NCBI GenBank assembly: GCA_965223545.1
Contig: OZ245006.1
Location: 2,816,001-2,880,000, forward strand
DNA length: 64,000 nucleotides
Origin: Planctomycetota bacterium
GTDB lineage: Bacteria; Planctomycetota; UBA1135; UBA2386
Direction of reading: 5' to 3'
A model generated the notes under the pieces. It was not told where the DNA came from and made no database searches. It was given only the letters and a program-made list of their open reading frames with translations. This document shows, one piece after another, positions 29,307 through 39,956 of the stretch (the stretch's first letter is position 1; each line of letters begins with the position of its first letter). A program made the translations under genes and the position numbers.

Positions 29307-30941
29307 TTGCCGGGGACCCCTCACTCACTGCTCCGCCGCCTGCTGGCGGTCTCCGTCGGACTGACGCTCGGCGTGGCCGCGCTCGAGGCGGCGCTGCGGC
29401 TGGCGGGCATTCCGGCGGTGGTGCCCCCGTTCGCCCTGATCCGCGCCGAGGGGGCGGACGCCAACTTCGAGCCCGACGCCGCACTCTTCTGGCGCTTGCG
29501 CACCGACAGCGCCAAGTACCGCGGGGCGCCGCCGGGAGTCCGCGGCTGGTGGCCGGCGGGGCCGGCGACCGACGGCACGCTGCGCGTCCTCTGCCTCGGC
29601 GACTCCTCGACGTTCGGCGTCGGCGTGCTGTACGAGCACTGCTATGCCCTACGGCTCGAGCAACGGCTGCAACGGGACCGACCACTGCAGCGCGTCGAGT
29701 GCCTGATCGGCGGCCTGCCCGGCCATTCCTCGCACCAGACGCTGCAGCTGTTTCGCCATCACGGCCGACAGCTGGCACCTGACGTCGTCGTCGCCTACCT
29801 CGGTGCGTGGAACGACCACCGCCCGGCGAGCGAGCGCAGCGACGCCGCCTGGTCACGGCATCTCGCCGCGGCGGCCGATCCGTGGGTGCCGCGCATCTGG
29901 CTGGCGGGGGAGCGATTGCGCGGCCGACTGCGCGGAGAAACCGGCCTGCGCGTGCCGCTGGCCGACTTCGTGCACAACCTCGACGCCCTGGTCCGCGACG
30001 CGCGCGCCGCCGGCGCCGCGGTCGTGCTGCTGGTGCCCCCGCTGCACCCGGCGGGGATCGAGGCCAATCCGATCGCCCGCGACTACCGGGCAGCGGTGCG
30101 CGCCCGTGCAGGTCGCGGCGTGACCGTGATCGACGCTGCCGCACTGCTGGAAGACGCGCACACCGCCCTGCCGGCCGCCGCCACTGGCGGCGCCACCGAT
30201 GTGTTCCTCGACTGGGTGCACCCGACGGCGCGGGGTCACGACATGCTGGCAACCGCGCTCGCCGAGGCGATCGACGACCTCACGCCGCCGGCGATCGACG
30301 GCGCGTTCGCGAGCGCGCTCGCCGGCAGCGTCGCACCGACCGCTGTCGACGCCCTCGCACCGGGCACACTCTCGGTGCGCACGGAAGCGCCGGTCGATGA
30401 GCGCACGCGGGTGTGGATCGGCGAGCGCTGGGCAAGCGACGTCACCCGCCAGGGGCCGGAGCTGCGCGTTTCGCTGCCGGCCCTCCTGCTGCCTGGAAAG
30501 CACCTGGTCGAGCTGCGCACCGAACACGGCCCGCATACGGTCGGCCACCTGCGCGTCCGCGCGCCTCCGCTCGAGGTCGAGATCACTGGCGCCGAGGGCG
30601 CGCGTCAAGTCCACCTCAAGTGGTCCGGTCCTGCGGGTTGGCACGCGCTGGCCTGGTTGGCGCCCACGGTACGACCCAGTCCCGCGCAGACTCGATTCGG
30701 CCCCATCCACCTCGACCTGCCATTCGCGCCCGGAGTGCCCCCCATGGTCGAGCTGCCCCCGGCGCCGATCGCGCTAGAGCTGGACGACCGCGGCCACGCC
30801 ACGACGACGCTTCCGTCCGGCGCCAGCACCGGCCAGCTCCACATCCAAGGCGTCCTGCTCTGGCCAGAAGCGCGACGGGTCTCGAGTTGGCCGCAGGCGC
30901 AGCCCGGACTCGCGACAGCCGCGGTGACGGTCACCCTCTGA
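29307..30941 (+). CDS. SGNH/GDSL hydrolase with C-terminal Ig/IPT-like domains
   Basis: TM anchor; LCLGDSSTFG, GLPGHSS, YLGAWND, FLDWVHPTARGH. Confidence 0.85.
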   Translation: MPGTPHSLLRRLLAVSVGLTLGVAALEAALRLAGIPAVVPPFALIRAEGADANFEPDAALFWRLRTDSAKYRGAPPGVRGWWPAGPATDGTLRVLCLGDSSTFGVGVLYEHCYALRLEQRLQRDRPLQRVECLIGGLPGHSSHQTLQLFRHHGRQLAPDVVVAYLGAWNDHRPASERSDAAWSRHLAAAADPWVPRIWLAGERLRGRLRGETGLRVPLADFVHNLDALVRDARAAGAAVVLLVPPLHPAGIEANPIARDYRAAVRARAGRGVTVIDAAALLEDAHTALPAAATGGATDVFLDWVHPTARGHDMLATALAEAIDDLTPPAIDGAFASALAGSVAPTAVDALAPGTLSVRTEAPVDERTRVWIGERWASDVTRQGPELRVSLPALLLPGKHLVELRTEHGPHTVGHLRVRAPPLEVEITGAEGARQVHLKWSGPAGWHALAWLAPTVRPSPAQTRFGPIHLDLPFAPGVPPMVELPPAPIALELDDRGHATTTLPSGASTGQLHIQGVLLWPEARRVSSWPQAQPGLATAAVTVTL

Positions 30942-31004
30942 GGCGGCGAGCGATCGCCCTTGACGCGGCACTCGGACTAAGGCAAAAGCTTTTTGCTTAT
31001 AAGA

Positions 31005-32474
31005 ATGACCGCTGCAACCCATTCCAAATGGGGCTTTTACGGCCGTAGGCAAGAACTCGACGAGATCCGTGAGATCTTGCGTCGGGAACGCTGGTTCTTT
31101 CTGAAGGTGTCCGGGCGGCGACGGATCGGGAAGACCAGCTTGGTTCAGCAAGCGCTCCGGGCAGAGGGTCGAGAGAGGGTCCTATACCTACAGACTCCAG
31201 ATTCTGACCCGGCCGGCGTCGTCTCCTCCGCTCGCGATTTCTACGAGCTGTTCGGGGTGACTCACCCACTTCCGGTGGACCTTCGCTCGCTGGCCGCCTC
31301 CATCGCGGAGCTCGCGCGGCGCGGCTTCGTCATCGCAGTGGACGCGTTTCAGTACTTCCATCGAAAAGCGCTGTTCGAGTTCACCTCCTACCTACAGGCA
31401 GAGGTCGACCGTCTCGCTCGCGACGCGGCAGAGGTGCCAGGCGGCTTGATCGTCCTGGGCTCGATCCACACGGAGATGGCAGCGCTCCTCGAGGATCGCA
31501 GTGCGCCACTCTTTGCGCGACTGACACACTCGCTCGAGGTGCCACACCTCGACATTGCGTCCGTACTCGAGATACTCGGCGCGCACGCAGATCCGACAGC
31601 CGAACGGCTCTTGTTCCTTTGGAACCTCTTTGAGGGCGTGCCGAAGTTCTACCGTGACGCTTTTGAGGAGAGCGTCCTCGGAGCCGACCGAAACGAGCTG
31701 TTGCAGGAGCTCTTCTTCTCGAGGTCCTCCCCGCTCCGCACGGAGGCGGAGAACTGGTTCTTGCGCGAGCTCCGAGGCCGCTACGACTTGGTCCTGAAGT
31801 ACATCGCTCGAAACCCCGGATGCACGAACGGCGAGATCAATGCGCACGCCCGGTCGGTCGAGCCCGATAGTGCGAAACAGGTTGGCGGCTATCTGAAAGT
31901 TCTTCGAGAGCGCTACCAGATGGTTGATCAACTGCAGCCGATCTTCGCCAAGCCAACCTCTCGAAACAGCCGCTACTACATCAGCGACAACTTTCTCCGT
32001 TCATGGCTGGCGGCGCTGGCGGCGCCCGCCGCTTCGGTGAACTTCCGTCCACTCGATGAACTGGTGCGAGAGGCTGGCGATCGCCTCGCCGATGCCGAGG
32101 GTCATGGCCTCGAGAAGCTCGTCGGGACCTTGTATCAGGAACGCAGTCGCAAGGGGCTTTCTGGCTTCCGGCTGACCCAACGAGTGCGCGGATTCTGGGA
32201 CCGTGGGCAAACCGAAATCGACCTGGTAGCCCTCAACGAGGACGAGCGCATCGTCCGGTTGGGGACGTGCAAACGCTCCGCCCACCGACTCGCCCCCGAC
32301 CTTGCCACGTTCGACGGACACGTCAGCCGGTTCGTGCAAGCGGCGTCTCGCATCCGGGGGTGGCGCATCGAGAAGGTCGCCATCGCGACTCGGCACATTC
32401 CTGAGACCCGGCGGGCTGTGCAGCGGGCCGGCTACCTCGCCCAAGACCTCGACGACCTGACGGAGGACCTGTGA
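31005..32474 (+). CDS. Archaeal-type ATPase (DUF234-like) with wHTH and PD-(D/E)xK-like C-terminus
   Basis: FYGRRQEL, SGRRRIGKTSL (Walker A), VIAVDAFQY (variant Walker B), LFARLT, YYISDNFLRSW, FWDRGQTEIDLVA...GTCK. Confidence 0.88.
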   Translation: MTAATHSKWGFYGRRQELDEIREILRRERWFFLKVSGRRRIGKTSLVQQALRAEGRERVLYLQTPDSDPAGVVSSARDFYELFGVTHPLPVDLRSLAASIAELARRGFVIAVDAFQYFHRKALFEFTSYLQAEVDRLARDAAEVPGGLIVLGSIHTEMAALLEDRSAPLFARLTHSLEVPHLDIASVLEILGAHADPTAERLLFLWNLFEGVPKFYRDAFEESVLGADRNELLQELFFSRSSPLRTEAENWFLRELRGRYDLVLKYIARNPGCTNGEINAHARSVEPDSAKQVGGYLKVLRERYQMVDQLQPIFAKPTSRNSRYYISDNFLRSWLAALAAPAASVNFRPLDELVREAGDRLADAEGHGLEKLVGTLYQERSRKGLSGFRLTQRVRGFWDRGQTEIDLVALNEDERIVRLGTCKRSAHRLAPDLATFDGHVSRFVQAASRIRGWRIEKVAIATRHIPETRRAVQRAGYLAQDLDDLTEDL

Positions 32475-32544
32475 GGGAGCTCCCGACCCGGCATCGAGAA
32501 AGCACCGTGACGCAAACGACAACGGCAATACAGTCGCGGCCCGC

Positions 32545-33333
32545 ATGACCTCGCCCGCACCGCGCGATCCAGCCGAATGGGCCGCCTTGCTCCGCACCAA
32601 TTGGGAGAAGCGCGCCCGGTCCCCGTCCCGCGACTTCTACGTCGCGTCGTGTCCGGGATGGAACGACGCGCAACGATGGGAGCAGCAGGCCGAGAGCGAC
32701 GCCGACTTTTTTCTCACCGGCCTGGACGACGCTTTCCTCGCCGACGCAGAGGTGCTCGAGGTCGGCTGCGGCGTCGGGCGGCTGGCGCGGCCGCTCGCGC
32801 AGCGCGTCCGCAGCTACACCGGCGTCGACATCGCGCCCGGCATGGTCGAGGAGGCGGGCCGGCGCTGCGCCGACCTCACCAATGCGCGCTTCTTCGTCAG
32901 CAGCGGCGATGGCATCGCGGCCGAGGCCCGCGACCGGCGCTACCGGCTCATCGTGTTCTTCGCGGTCCTGATCCACTGCCCCAAGGCGCTGATCGCAGCC
33001 TTGGTCGGCGACGCGTTCGCCCAGCTCGACGACGGCGGACAGCTGCGCTTCAACGTGCGCGCCGACCCCGACGATCCGACCGGCATCGAAGCGCCGGCAG
33101 CGACGGTCGAGCGCGCCCACGACGAGATGGCGGAAGTGCAGGAAGCCGTGGTCACCGACGCCGAGATGGCGCTGATCGACGACCACTACTACATGGGCGA
33201 CGCCTTCCGCTACGACGAACTTCCCGGGTTCTTCGAGAGCGCGTGCGGCACGGCTGTCGACGTCGTGCTGCGCCGGTTCGACGCTGCCAACATCTACGGC
33301 TGGCTCCGAGGCCGCGACCGGCGCGACGCCTGA
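32545..33333 (+). CDS. Class I SAM-dependent methyltransferase
   Basis: VLEVGCGVGR (motif I), GVDIAPGM, VLIH. Confidence 0.9.
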   Translation: MTSPAPRDPAEWAALLRTNWEKRARSPSRDFYVASCPGWNDAQRWEQQAESDADFFLTGLDDAFLADAEVLEVGCGVGRLARPLAQRVRSYTGVDIAPGMVEEAGRRCADLTNARFFVSSGDGIAAEARDRRYRLIVFFAVLIHCPKALIAALVGDAFAQLDDGGQLRFNVRADPDDPTGIEAPAATVERAHDEMAEVQEAVVTDAEMALIDDHYYMGDAFRYDELPGFFESACGTAVDVVLRRFDAANIYGWLRGRDRRDA

Positions 33334-33351
33334 AGCTGGATCTACCGACGC

Positions 33352-34692
33352 TCACTTGGCGCCGAGGAGCACGGTCCCGCCGGCCGACGCGCCGAGCCCC
33401 CCGATGCCCGACGGGTCGACGACCATTGCCTGAACGTGGAGCTCGGCTCCCGCCAAGGACGCCACCGACGGAATCGGCAAGGCGAGGTTCACGCTGCCCG
33501 CCCCACTGAACCACGGCACGCCGACGTCGGGGCTGACCAACAGCGCGCAGCCGGAGAAACCGAATCGCTGCATCGCCAACGGCAACGACAGCGGGCCCCA
33601 CTGTCGATTGGAGGCGCCGAGCCAGAGGACACCGGGTTGCGCCGCCGGCAGCTGCCCGAGGCGGAGTCGAAACTCCTCGCCGATCCAGGGCAACGCACGC
33701 GGGGCCGGCTGGAGCGTGGGAGTCCCCGCGGTTCCTCCGCAACCGGCGCCAAACGAGCTGTAGTTCGCCGGGTTGACCGGCAGGTACTGCATCGTCATCG
33801 CCGAGTCCGAGGTCCCCACCATCTGTCGGCGGCGCTCGTCGTAGGCCAGTCCCAGATCGCGTCCGATCGAGGATCCCGGCGACAGCACGCCGGGGACCCA
33901 GTCCCCGTCCACCCACTCCCAGACCGAGAATCGGTAGCCGGGTGGCGCGCCCGACGCCTGACCGATGATCATCCGCTGGCGCGCGGTGTCGAAGGCCATC
34001 GCGATGCCCGTGTAGGCGAGCGCGGGCCGCGTCGGCGTCAGCCGCTGAGACCAATCCACGCCATCCCACTCCCAAGTCTGACGCTCTCCGTACAGGACGG
34101 TCCGCCCGCGGCTCGGATCGTACGCCATCGCGTGGCGCGCGGTAAACGACGGCGAAGTCTGCGGGAGTCGCTTGCGCCACTGCTGGCCATCCCATTCCCA
34201 GGTGTCGGACAGGGCCATCCGCTGGCTGTCCAAGCCGCCGAACAGCACGACGCGCTGTCGCAGTGCATCGTACGCCATCGACGCGTAGCGCCGCGGTTGC
34301 GGTCCGGCCGCCGCCACCAGACTCCACGCGCTACCGTCCCACTCCCAGGTCTCGCCACTGTCCCCGTTGCCGTCGAATCCCCCGAAGAGAACGATACGGT
34401 CGCGGTGAGTGTCGGTCACCATCGCGTGCCCGTAGCGGTGGGGTCCGAACGCCACCGTCACCCACGCGCTACCATCCCACAGGTTGGTGAGATTCTGAGG
34501 ACTCCAAACCGCCATGAGGGCACGGCCGCCGTGGCGCAGCACGCGCCCCCCGACCCGATCGTAGGCCATCGCGCCTTCCAACGCCTCCGGACAGCAGGTG
34601 TAGACCGAGGTCCACGTCATCTGGGCCGAAAGCGCGGTGGTGAGCGCGCCGAGCAGAGCCGGACGCAGCACACGAAGGGGGAGGTTCGTCAT
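33352..34692 (-). CDS. Secreted Kelch-like beta-propeller protein with shared C-terminal domain
   Basis: Signal peptide ending LSA-Q; repeats AMAYD...VLFGG...TWEWDG..W. Real start at 34692; the track ORF is 5'-overextended. Confidence 0.88.
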   Translation of the reverse strand: MTNLPLRVLRPALLGALTTALSAQMTWTSVYTCCPEALEGAMAYDRVGGRVLRHGGRALMAVWSPQNLTNLWDGSAWVTVAFGPHRYGHAMVTDTHRDRIVLFGGFDGNGDSGETWEWDGSAWSLVAAAGPQPRRYASMAYDALRQRVVLFGGLDSQRMALSDTWEWDGQQWRKRLPQTSPSFTARHAMAYDPSRGRTVLYGERQTWEWDGVDWSQRLTPTRPALAYTGIAMAFDTARQRMIIGQASGAPPGYRFSVWEWVDGDWVPGVLSPGSSIGRDLGLAYDERRRQMVGTSDSAMTMQYLPVNPANYSSFGAGCGGTAGTPTLQPAPRALPWIGEEFRLRLGQLPAAQPGVLWLGASNRQWGPLSLPLAMQRFGFSGCALLVSPDVGVPWFSGAGSVNLALPIPSVASLAGAELHVQAMVVDPSGIGGLGASAGGTVLLGAK

Positions 34693-34845
34693 GCAATGGT
34701 CCTGGACAACGCGGCACCGGAACGCTGCGCGCTTCGAGGCGATTTTTGGGCCAAACGGCCGTGACGTCACCGGCCTGTGGCCGGTGTATCCCGCGGGCAA
34801 GCGCGATCGCTGACCCGCAAACCGTTTCCGCCCTGGAGCCAAACC

Positions 34846-35934
34846 ATGACCGTTGCCACGACCCTCTCCTCCCCCACGCCGAAGACCGAGCCTCACGCGG
34901 ACCCCGCCCGCCGCAGACCGCGCAAGCGCGGCGCCCATGCCTTCATCGCGGCAGCGCTGATGGGCCTGGGTCTTTCTTCCCCCACCGCGACACAAACTCT
35001 CGGCGACTCGAACGTGATCGCCCCAGTCCCCCTGTCGGGCTTCCCCGAGGGCATCGCCGTCCGCGGCAACAGCTTCTACGTCTCGGGACCCGCGGCGTTC
35101 GGCCTGCCGCTGGGCTCGGCCTTCGTGCACAAGTACGACAAGCAGACCGGCAACCTCGAGACCACGTTCCCCATCACTCTGACCAACCCGATGGCGGGCA
35201 TGAGCGGGGCTTCCTGCATCGCGTTCGGCCCCGATGGAGGCCTGTTCGTCGTCGAGCCCTTCGTCGGCATCCTCAAGCTGGATCTCGACCCGGCCAACAC
35301 TCAGTCGGTGTACGCGCCGTTCGCGCCGATGGGGCCGTCCCTGCTCAACGACCTCACCTTCGACGAGGACGGCAACCTCTACGTCACCGACTCCTTCGCC
35401 GCGTCGATCTACAAGGTGCCCGCGGGTGGCGGGCAGCCCGTGCTTTGGTTCAGCGACCCCGCCCTCGCCGGTCACCCCGCTCTGCCGTTCGGTGTCAACG
35501 GCATCCGCATCGACAGGAACAACCAGCACGCCTACTTCTCCGTGACGGTCGACACGTCGTGGAACGGGGTCATCTACCGCCTCCCGCTGGTGGACAGCCC
35601 CGACGCCGGCGATCTCGAGGTGTTTGCGTCGCTGGGGTTCACGGGCCCGGACGGCATTGCCTTCGGCAAGTCCGGCAACCTGTACGTCGCCGAAGCGCTG
35701 TCCAGCACGATCAAGGTGCTCGATCCCAGCGGCGCCGTCACCGCGGTCCATGCGGGACCGGCGACCAACCCCGCAGGGGGGACCATTCCCTGGGCGAACC
35801 CGGCGAACATCGCGTTCAACGACCAAGAGCGGACGCTGCTGGTGACCAACCACGCCAGCCTCGTCCCCTACGATCCGAGCCTCTTCGTCGTGTTCGACGT
35901 GTTCGTCGACGACAAGGCGTCGCCGCTGCCGTGA
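34846..35934 (+). CDS. SMP-30/gluconolactonase-like beta-propeller protein
   Basis: FPEGIA, LNDLTFDEDGNLYVTDS, VNGI, PDGIAFGKSGNLYVA. Confidence 0.85.
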   Translation: MTVATTLSSPTPKTEPHADPARRRPRKRGAHAFIAAALMGLGLSSPTATQTLGDSNVIAPVPLSGFPEGIAVRGNSFYVSGPAAFGLPLGSAFVHKYDKQTGNLETTFPITLTNPMAGMSGASCIAFGPDGGLFVVEPFVGILKLDLDPANTQSVYAPFAPMGPSLLNDLTFDEDGNLYVTDSFAASIYKVPAGGGQPVLWFSDPALAGHPALPFGVNGIRIDRNNQHAYFSVTVDTSWNGVIYRLPLVDSPDAGDLEVFASLGFTGPDGIAFGKSGNLYVAEALSSTIKVLDPSGAVTAVHAGPATNPAGGTIPWANPANIAFNDQERTLLVTNHASLVPYDPSLFVVFDVFVDDKASPLP

Positions 35935-36046
35935 GGTCGGCGCGCGAGCGCGATTTGCCGGCAACAACCGTGACGTTTGCTCCGGCCGGCGGGTGAAAGA
36001 GTGCCGCGCGTGAGTGCGCGGTGATGCCACTTCCCTTGGAGCAACG

Positions 36047-38317
36047 ATGAATCGCCTATAGCTTCTGGGCGGCCTGATGGCCGCCGTCCTTCCGGTCCAA
36101 GCCCAGGACTCGAGCCGGTCGCAGCCGTCGCCGGAGGCTGCCGCAGCCGAGTGGATGATCCCGCTCCACACCCAGCCCGACGACGTCGATGGCGCCGCTT
36201 ACGGCACCTGGGCTGCCGGCCCCGACTACAAGGCCTCGTTCGACGACGGCTTCACCTTCTACCCGGTGCTCGGCGAGGACTACCCCCGCAACCTCCCCCT
36301 GCGCTGGCGCACCGAGGACATCTCGGCCGGGGGTGTTTCGTTGATCGGGGCCATGCCGGCCGCGTCCCGGCACGCCGCAAACTGGCGCTACGAGCTGCGC
36401 TACGGCACTGTCACCGAGGCCTACGACATCCGCACCGACGGGGTCGAGCAGACCTTCGTCTTGCACCGAGATGCGGGCGGCCACGACGTCGTCGTCACCG
36501 GTCGCATCGACACCGAGCTGCACGGCCAACCGACATCGGCCAGAGTTCAGGCCCTGTCGTTCGCCGACGACGCGGGGCGGCCGATCGTGCGCTACGGCGA
36601 GGCCCTTGCGTTCGACGCTCTCGGTCGAACCATCCCGGTGACGACGAGCTTCGACGGCGAGCGCATCCGGTTGACCGTCGACGGGCGGTGGCTCGACAAC
36701 GCCGCTTTTCCGGTGACGATCGACCCGCTGACTTCGAGCAAACTGATCGCGGTGACGACCGCGTTCGTCAACTACCCGAACGTCGCGCGTGACACCATCA
36801 ACGACCGGCTGATGACGACCTACTCGCGCGCGAGTTCGGGCTCGGACTACGACCTCATCGGCCGTCTACTCACGGACGACTTCAACAACCTCGGCCTGGT
36901 GTTCATGGACATCACGGCCAATTGGAGCACCCGATACGCCTCGGTGGCCTACGCGCGCAGCGCGGACAAGTGGATCATCGCGTTTGGCCGCGAGAACCTG
37001 CCGGGTGCAGGAGTCCGCCTCTACTACCACGATGGCACCAGCACCGCGAGCATGAGCGGAAACACCGTGTTCGTACCGCGACCCGTTGGCTACCAAGACC
37101 AGGTGCCGAGCATCGGTGGCAACGCGACGGACTCGGCCGCGGGTCGCGCTTACCTGGCGTTCCGTCGCGACCAGGGCTCCGGCTCGCCAAACACGATGCA
37201 CTCGCGCATCTACGGCGTGCTGATCGACCCGCAGAACGAAACCCTCGGCCCCGCCAACAACCTGCGCACCAGAGCCGTCTTCACGACCTACGACGCGGAG
37301 GCGCCGTGTGTCACCCCCGACAACGGCGGCCTCGGCGCCTGGATCATCGGCTGGCAAGAGCAGGACCACACCTTCGGGCCAGGCGACGCATGGGACATCT
37401 ACATCCAGCAAGTGCGCGCGTTCGGCCAGATCGGCTTCGAGACCAAGGTGGGCGATCCTGGCGCGACCAATCGGCACAAGCTCCGACCTCAGGTGGCCGG
37501 CTCCGGCGGCAACTTTCTGCTGACGTACTTCACTCGGGACAACGTCCTGCCGTTCAGCGACCTGACCGGTGACGAGATGTTCACCCAGCGCTTCAGCTGG
37601 CCGGATTCATTCGCGAGCCCGACCTACCGCGCCCCACGCTCCTTGGTCGCAGGTCCCGGCAACGGGCTGCGCACCAACGTGACCAACCGAGCAATCGCGT
37701 TCGACGCGGACACCGAATCACACTGGGCGGTGGGCTACCGCACCGTCGCCAACGACTCCTTCGTCGCCCGACTCGGCTGGCGGGGCGGCGTCGTCGAGAG
37801 CGCGGTCGTCTACGCGGACCCCGTCGACGCCGCTGGCTCGTCCGGCCTCTGCTACAACGAAGACGCGCACGAGTTCGCGATCGTGTTCGGCACGCAGCAG
37901 TTCAACCGGCTGCAGGGCCGGCGCTTTCAGTACCAGGCGGCCGCCAACATCGTCTTCGGCCTCTCCTGTGGGCCGTTGACCATCGCCGGCGACAACCGCG
38001 GCAAGTTCGACCAACCGTTCGCCGGCTCGCAGTGGTATCAGGTCACCCTGGATGGTGTGCCCAACCAGCCCGCGGCGCTGTTCCTCGGCCTCAACCGAGG
38101 CAGCACCCCGATCGCCGGCTGCACCCTCTTGATCGACCCCGCTGTCGGGTTCACCCACGTCTTCACCGGCTTGACCAATCCGCTGGGCAAGCTCAGCGTG
38201 CCGGTCGCACTACCGAACTCGATCCTCAGCGCCGATGTCGTATGGCAGTTCTTCCAGTACGACGGCGGCACGGGGCAGACGCTGGCCTCCAACGGGCTGA
38301 TCAGCCAAGTCCGCTGA
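36047..38317 (+). CDS. Large secreted protein with shared C-terminal domain; in-frame TAG at codon 5 (possible pseudogene, or start at 36077)
   Basis: GGAG-N6-ATG AAT CGC CTA TAG CTT CTG GGC GGC CTG ATG is in frame with the 746-aa ORF. Body has GVEQTFVL...FPVTIDP and ends QFFQ...SNGLISQVR. Confidence 0.75.
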
Positions 38318-38350
38318 TTGCGGCACTCCAGCTGCGCGAGCGGCGACCCG

Positions 38351-39742
38351 TCAGAAGCCGATGGTGAGCCCGAGGCCGTTGCTGAACTCGAGCGGCCGCC
38401 CGGTGCCTGGGACCGCGGCCTGCGCGGCGAGGTCGGCGCCGAGGAACGCCGGGTCGGGCGGGACACCGATCGCGACGGCACCGGTACCCGCGGCGTCGGC
38501 GACGAACGACTGGATCAGCAGCGGCCCGGTCAAATCTACGTGGACCGGACAGCCGAACAGCGAGAGCGGCACGGCGAGCGGTAGACCGACGGCGACGGCG
38601 ACCGCGGTGCCCGGTGTCGCACCGTCCACCTGCAGGTCGAGCCCGGCGTAGATCAACGGAGCTGCCGCGCGCACCTGCAGTGCCCCGCAGCCGGCGCCCA
38701 GCGCCGTCACGGCCGCAGCCGGCGAGACCGGGTCCAGCCGCAACGCGTGCGGAGCAGTGCCACTGCGCGGATTGCCCGAGCCCGCGATCTGGCCCAGCTC
38801 GTTGACCGCAACGAGCTGGTCGACCTCCCAAGCGGGATCGACGATGCCGTTGGTGGCCGGCGACAGATCGACCAAGCCGCTGGCCGGCGTGTACGCGAAC
38901 GCACCGGAACGGAAGATCGTGGAGGAGCCGATGATGACGTAGTACTGCCAGTTCCCGACGATCAGACCGGCCGCGTTGCGGCCGTTGACCGTCCAACCGT
39001 TGTACTGACCGCTCAGCGTCGGGATCAGAGTCTCGGTGCCGAAGCGATCCCGCACCACGAGGGCGCGGTTGTCGGTGGTGCGGCCGGTAACCGTGCCGTC
39101 GGCCTGCAGGCTTTGCGGCCGAAACGAGAGCGGCACGAACAGGCCGGTGGCTCCCGAGGACCGCAGCCAGTAGCCATAGATGTTGCCGATCTGACCGATG
39201 GCCTCGCCGGCGTCGTTGAGGTCGCACAGGTATCCGGTCACGCCCTGCTGCACCGACTGCATGCCGGCCGCCGGGCTCCACAAGAACGGCTCACCTCCCG
39301 CCGCCAACCCGTTCGCGCTGCCCACGACTTCACCCAGATTGTTCAGACCGCAAGTCGTCCCCCCCGGACTGCTGGAGAGCGGCAGCTGGCCCAGGTCGAC
39401 GAAGCCCTGACCCGGTGTCCGCACGAACATCGAAGTGCCAGCGCTGCCCGCGACCTGGCCCGCATCGTTGATCGTGCTGGCGACGAATCGCCGCGAGTTC
39501 GGCGAGCCGAGATGACGCAGCGCGCCCGTGCGCGGATCGTGCACGTAGGAGACGCGCGGCCACTCGGCGTGCACCAACACCTCGCCGCGGGCGTTGATGT
39601 CGATCGCCGCGCTCGACGGATAGCCCGGGGACCCCAGGTCGACGACCTTGTACAGATACCCCTGCGCGACGAGCGGCGCGCCCAGGACGACTGCGCAAGT
39701 AACCGCCCGGCCGAGCGCGGGGAACGAGGGAGAAGGAATCAT
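38351..39742 (-). CDS. Secreted HAF-repeat/DUF3466-like protein with shared C-terminal domain
   Basis: Signal peptide ending LVA-Q; repeats INARGEV, INDAGQVAG, LNNLGEVVG, LNDAGEAIG, VNELGQIAG. Confidence 0.82.
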   Translation of the reverse strand: MIPSPSFPALGRAVTCAVVLGAPLVAQGYLYKVVDLGSPGYPSSAAIDINARGEVLVHAEWPRVSYVHDPRTGALRHLGSPNSRRFVASTINDAGQVAGSAGTSMFVRTPGQGFVDLGQLPLSSSPGGTTCGLNNLGEVVGSANGLAAGGEPFLWSPAAGMQSVQQGVTGYLCDLNDAGEAIGQIGNIYGYWLRSSGATGLFVPLSFRPQSLQADGTVTGRTTDNRALVVRDRFGTETLIPTLSGQYNGWTVNGRNAAGLIVGNWQYYVIIGSSTIFRSGAFAYTPASGLVDLSPATNGIVDPAWEVDQLVAVNELGQIAGSGNPRSGTAPHALRLDPVSPAAAVTALGAGCGALQVRAAAPLIYAGLDLQVDGATPGTAVAVAVGLPLAVPLSLFGCPVHVDLTGPLLIQSFVADAAGTGAVAIGVPPDPAFLGADLAAQAAVPGTGRPLEFSNGLGLTIGF

Positions 39743-39956
39743 GGGTAGGCCACCAGTCTTGCGGAACAGGAGATACTGACAAGCGCCGCGGCGCTCGCCT
39801 TGGCATCGCACGTGAGGCAAGGGGCGTGCCGCGGGCCCGAGGGACAAGTACTGTCCCCCCACCGAACACTCCGGCGTCCGCGCCGTGTGCGGCGCGGACG
39901 CAGCGCGGCTCGGAGTGGCTTGGCACGCCGGTTGCTCGGCAACGATTGCTTCTTAG

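Noticed and set aside
36059..36061. Pyrrolysine or genome-wide TAG recoding
   Set aside because: Many genes here end normally in TAG (e.g. 43098, 51041, 13393) and no pyl genes are visible.
34693..36171. N-terminal ~490 aa of the 939-aa track ORF
   Set aside because: Shadow of the plus-strand propeller gene; the Kelch protein starts at 34692 with a signal peptide.
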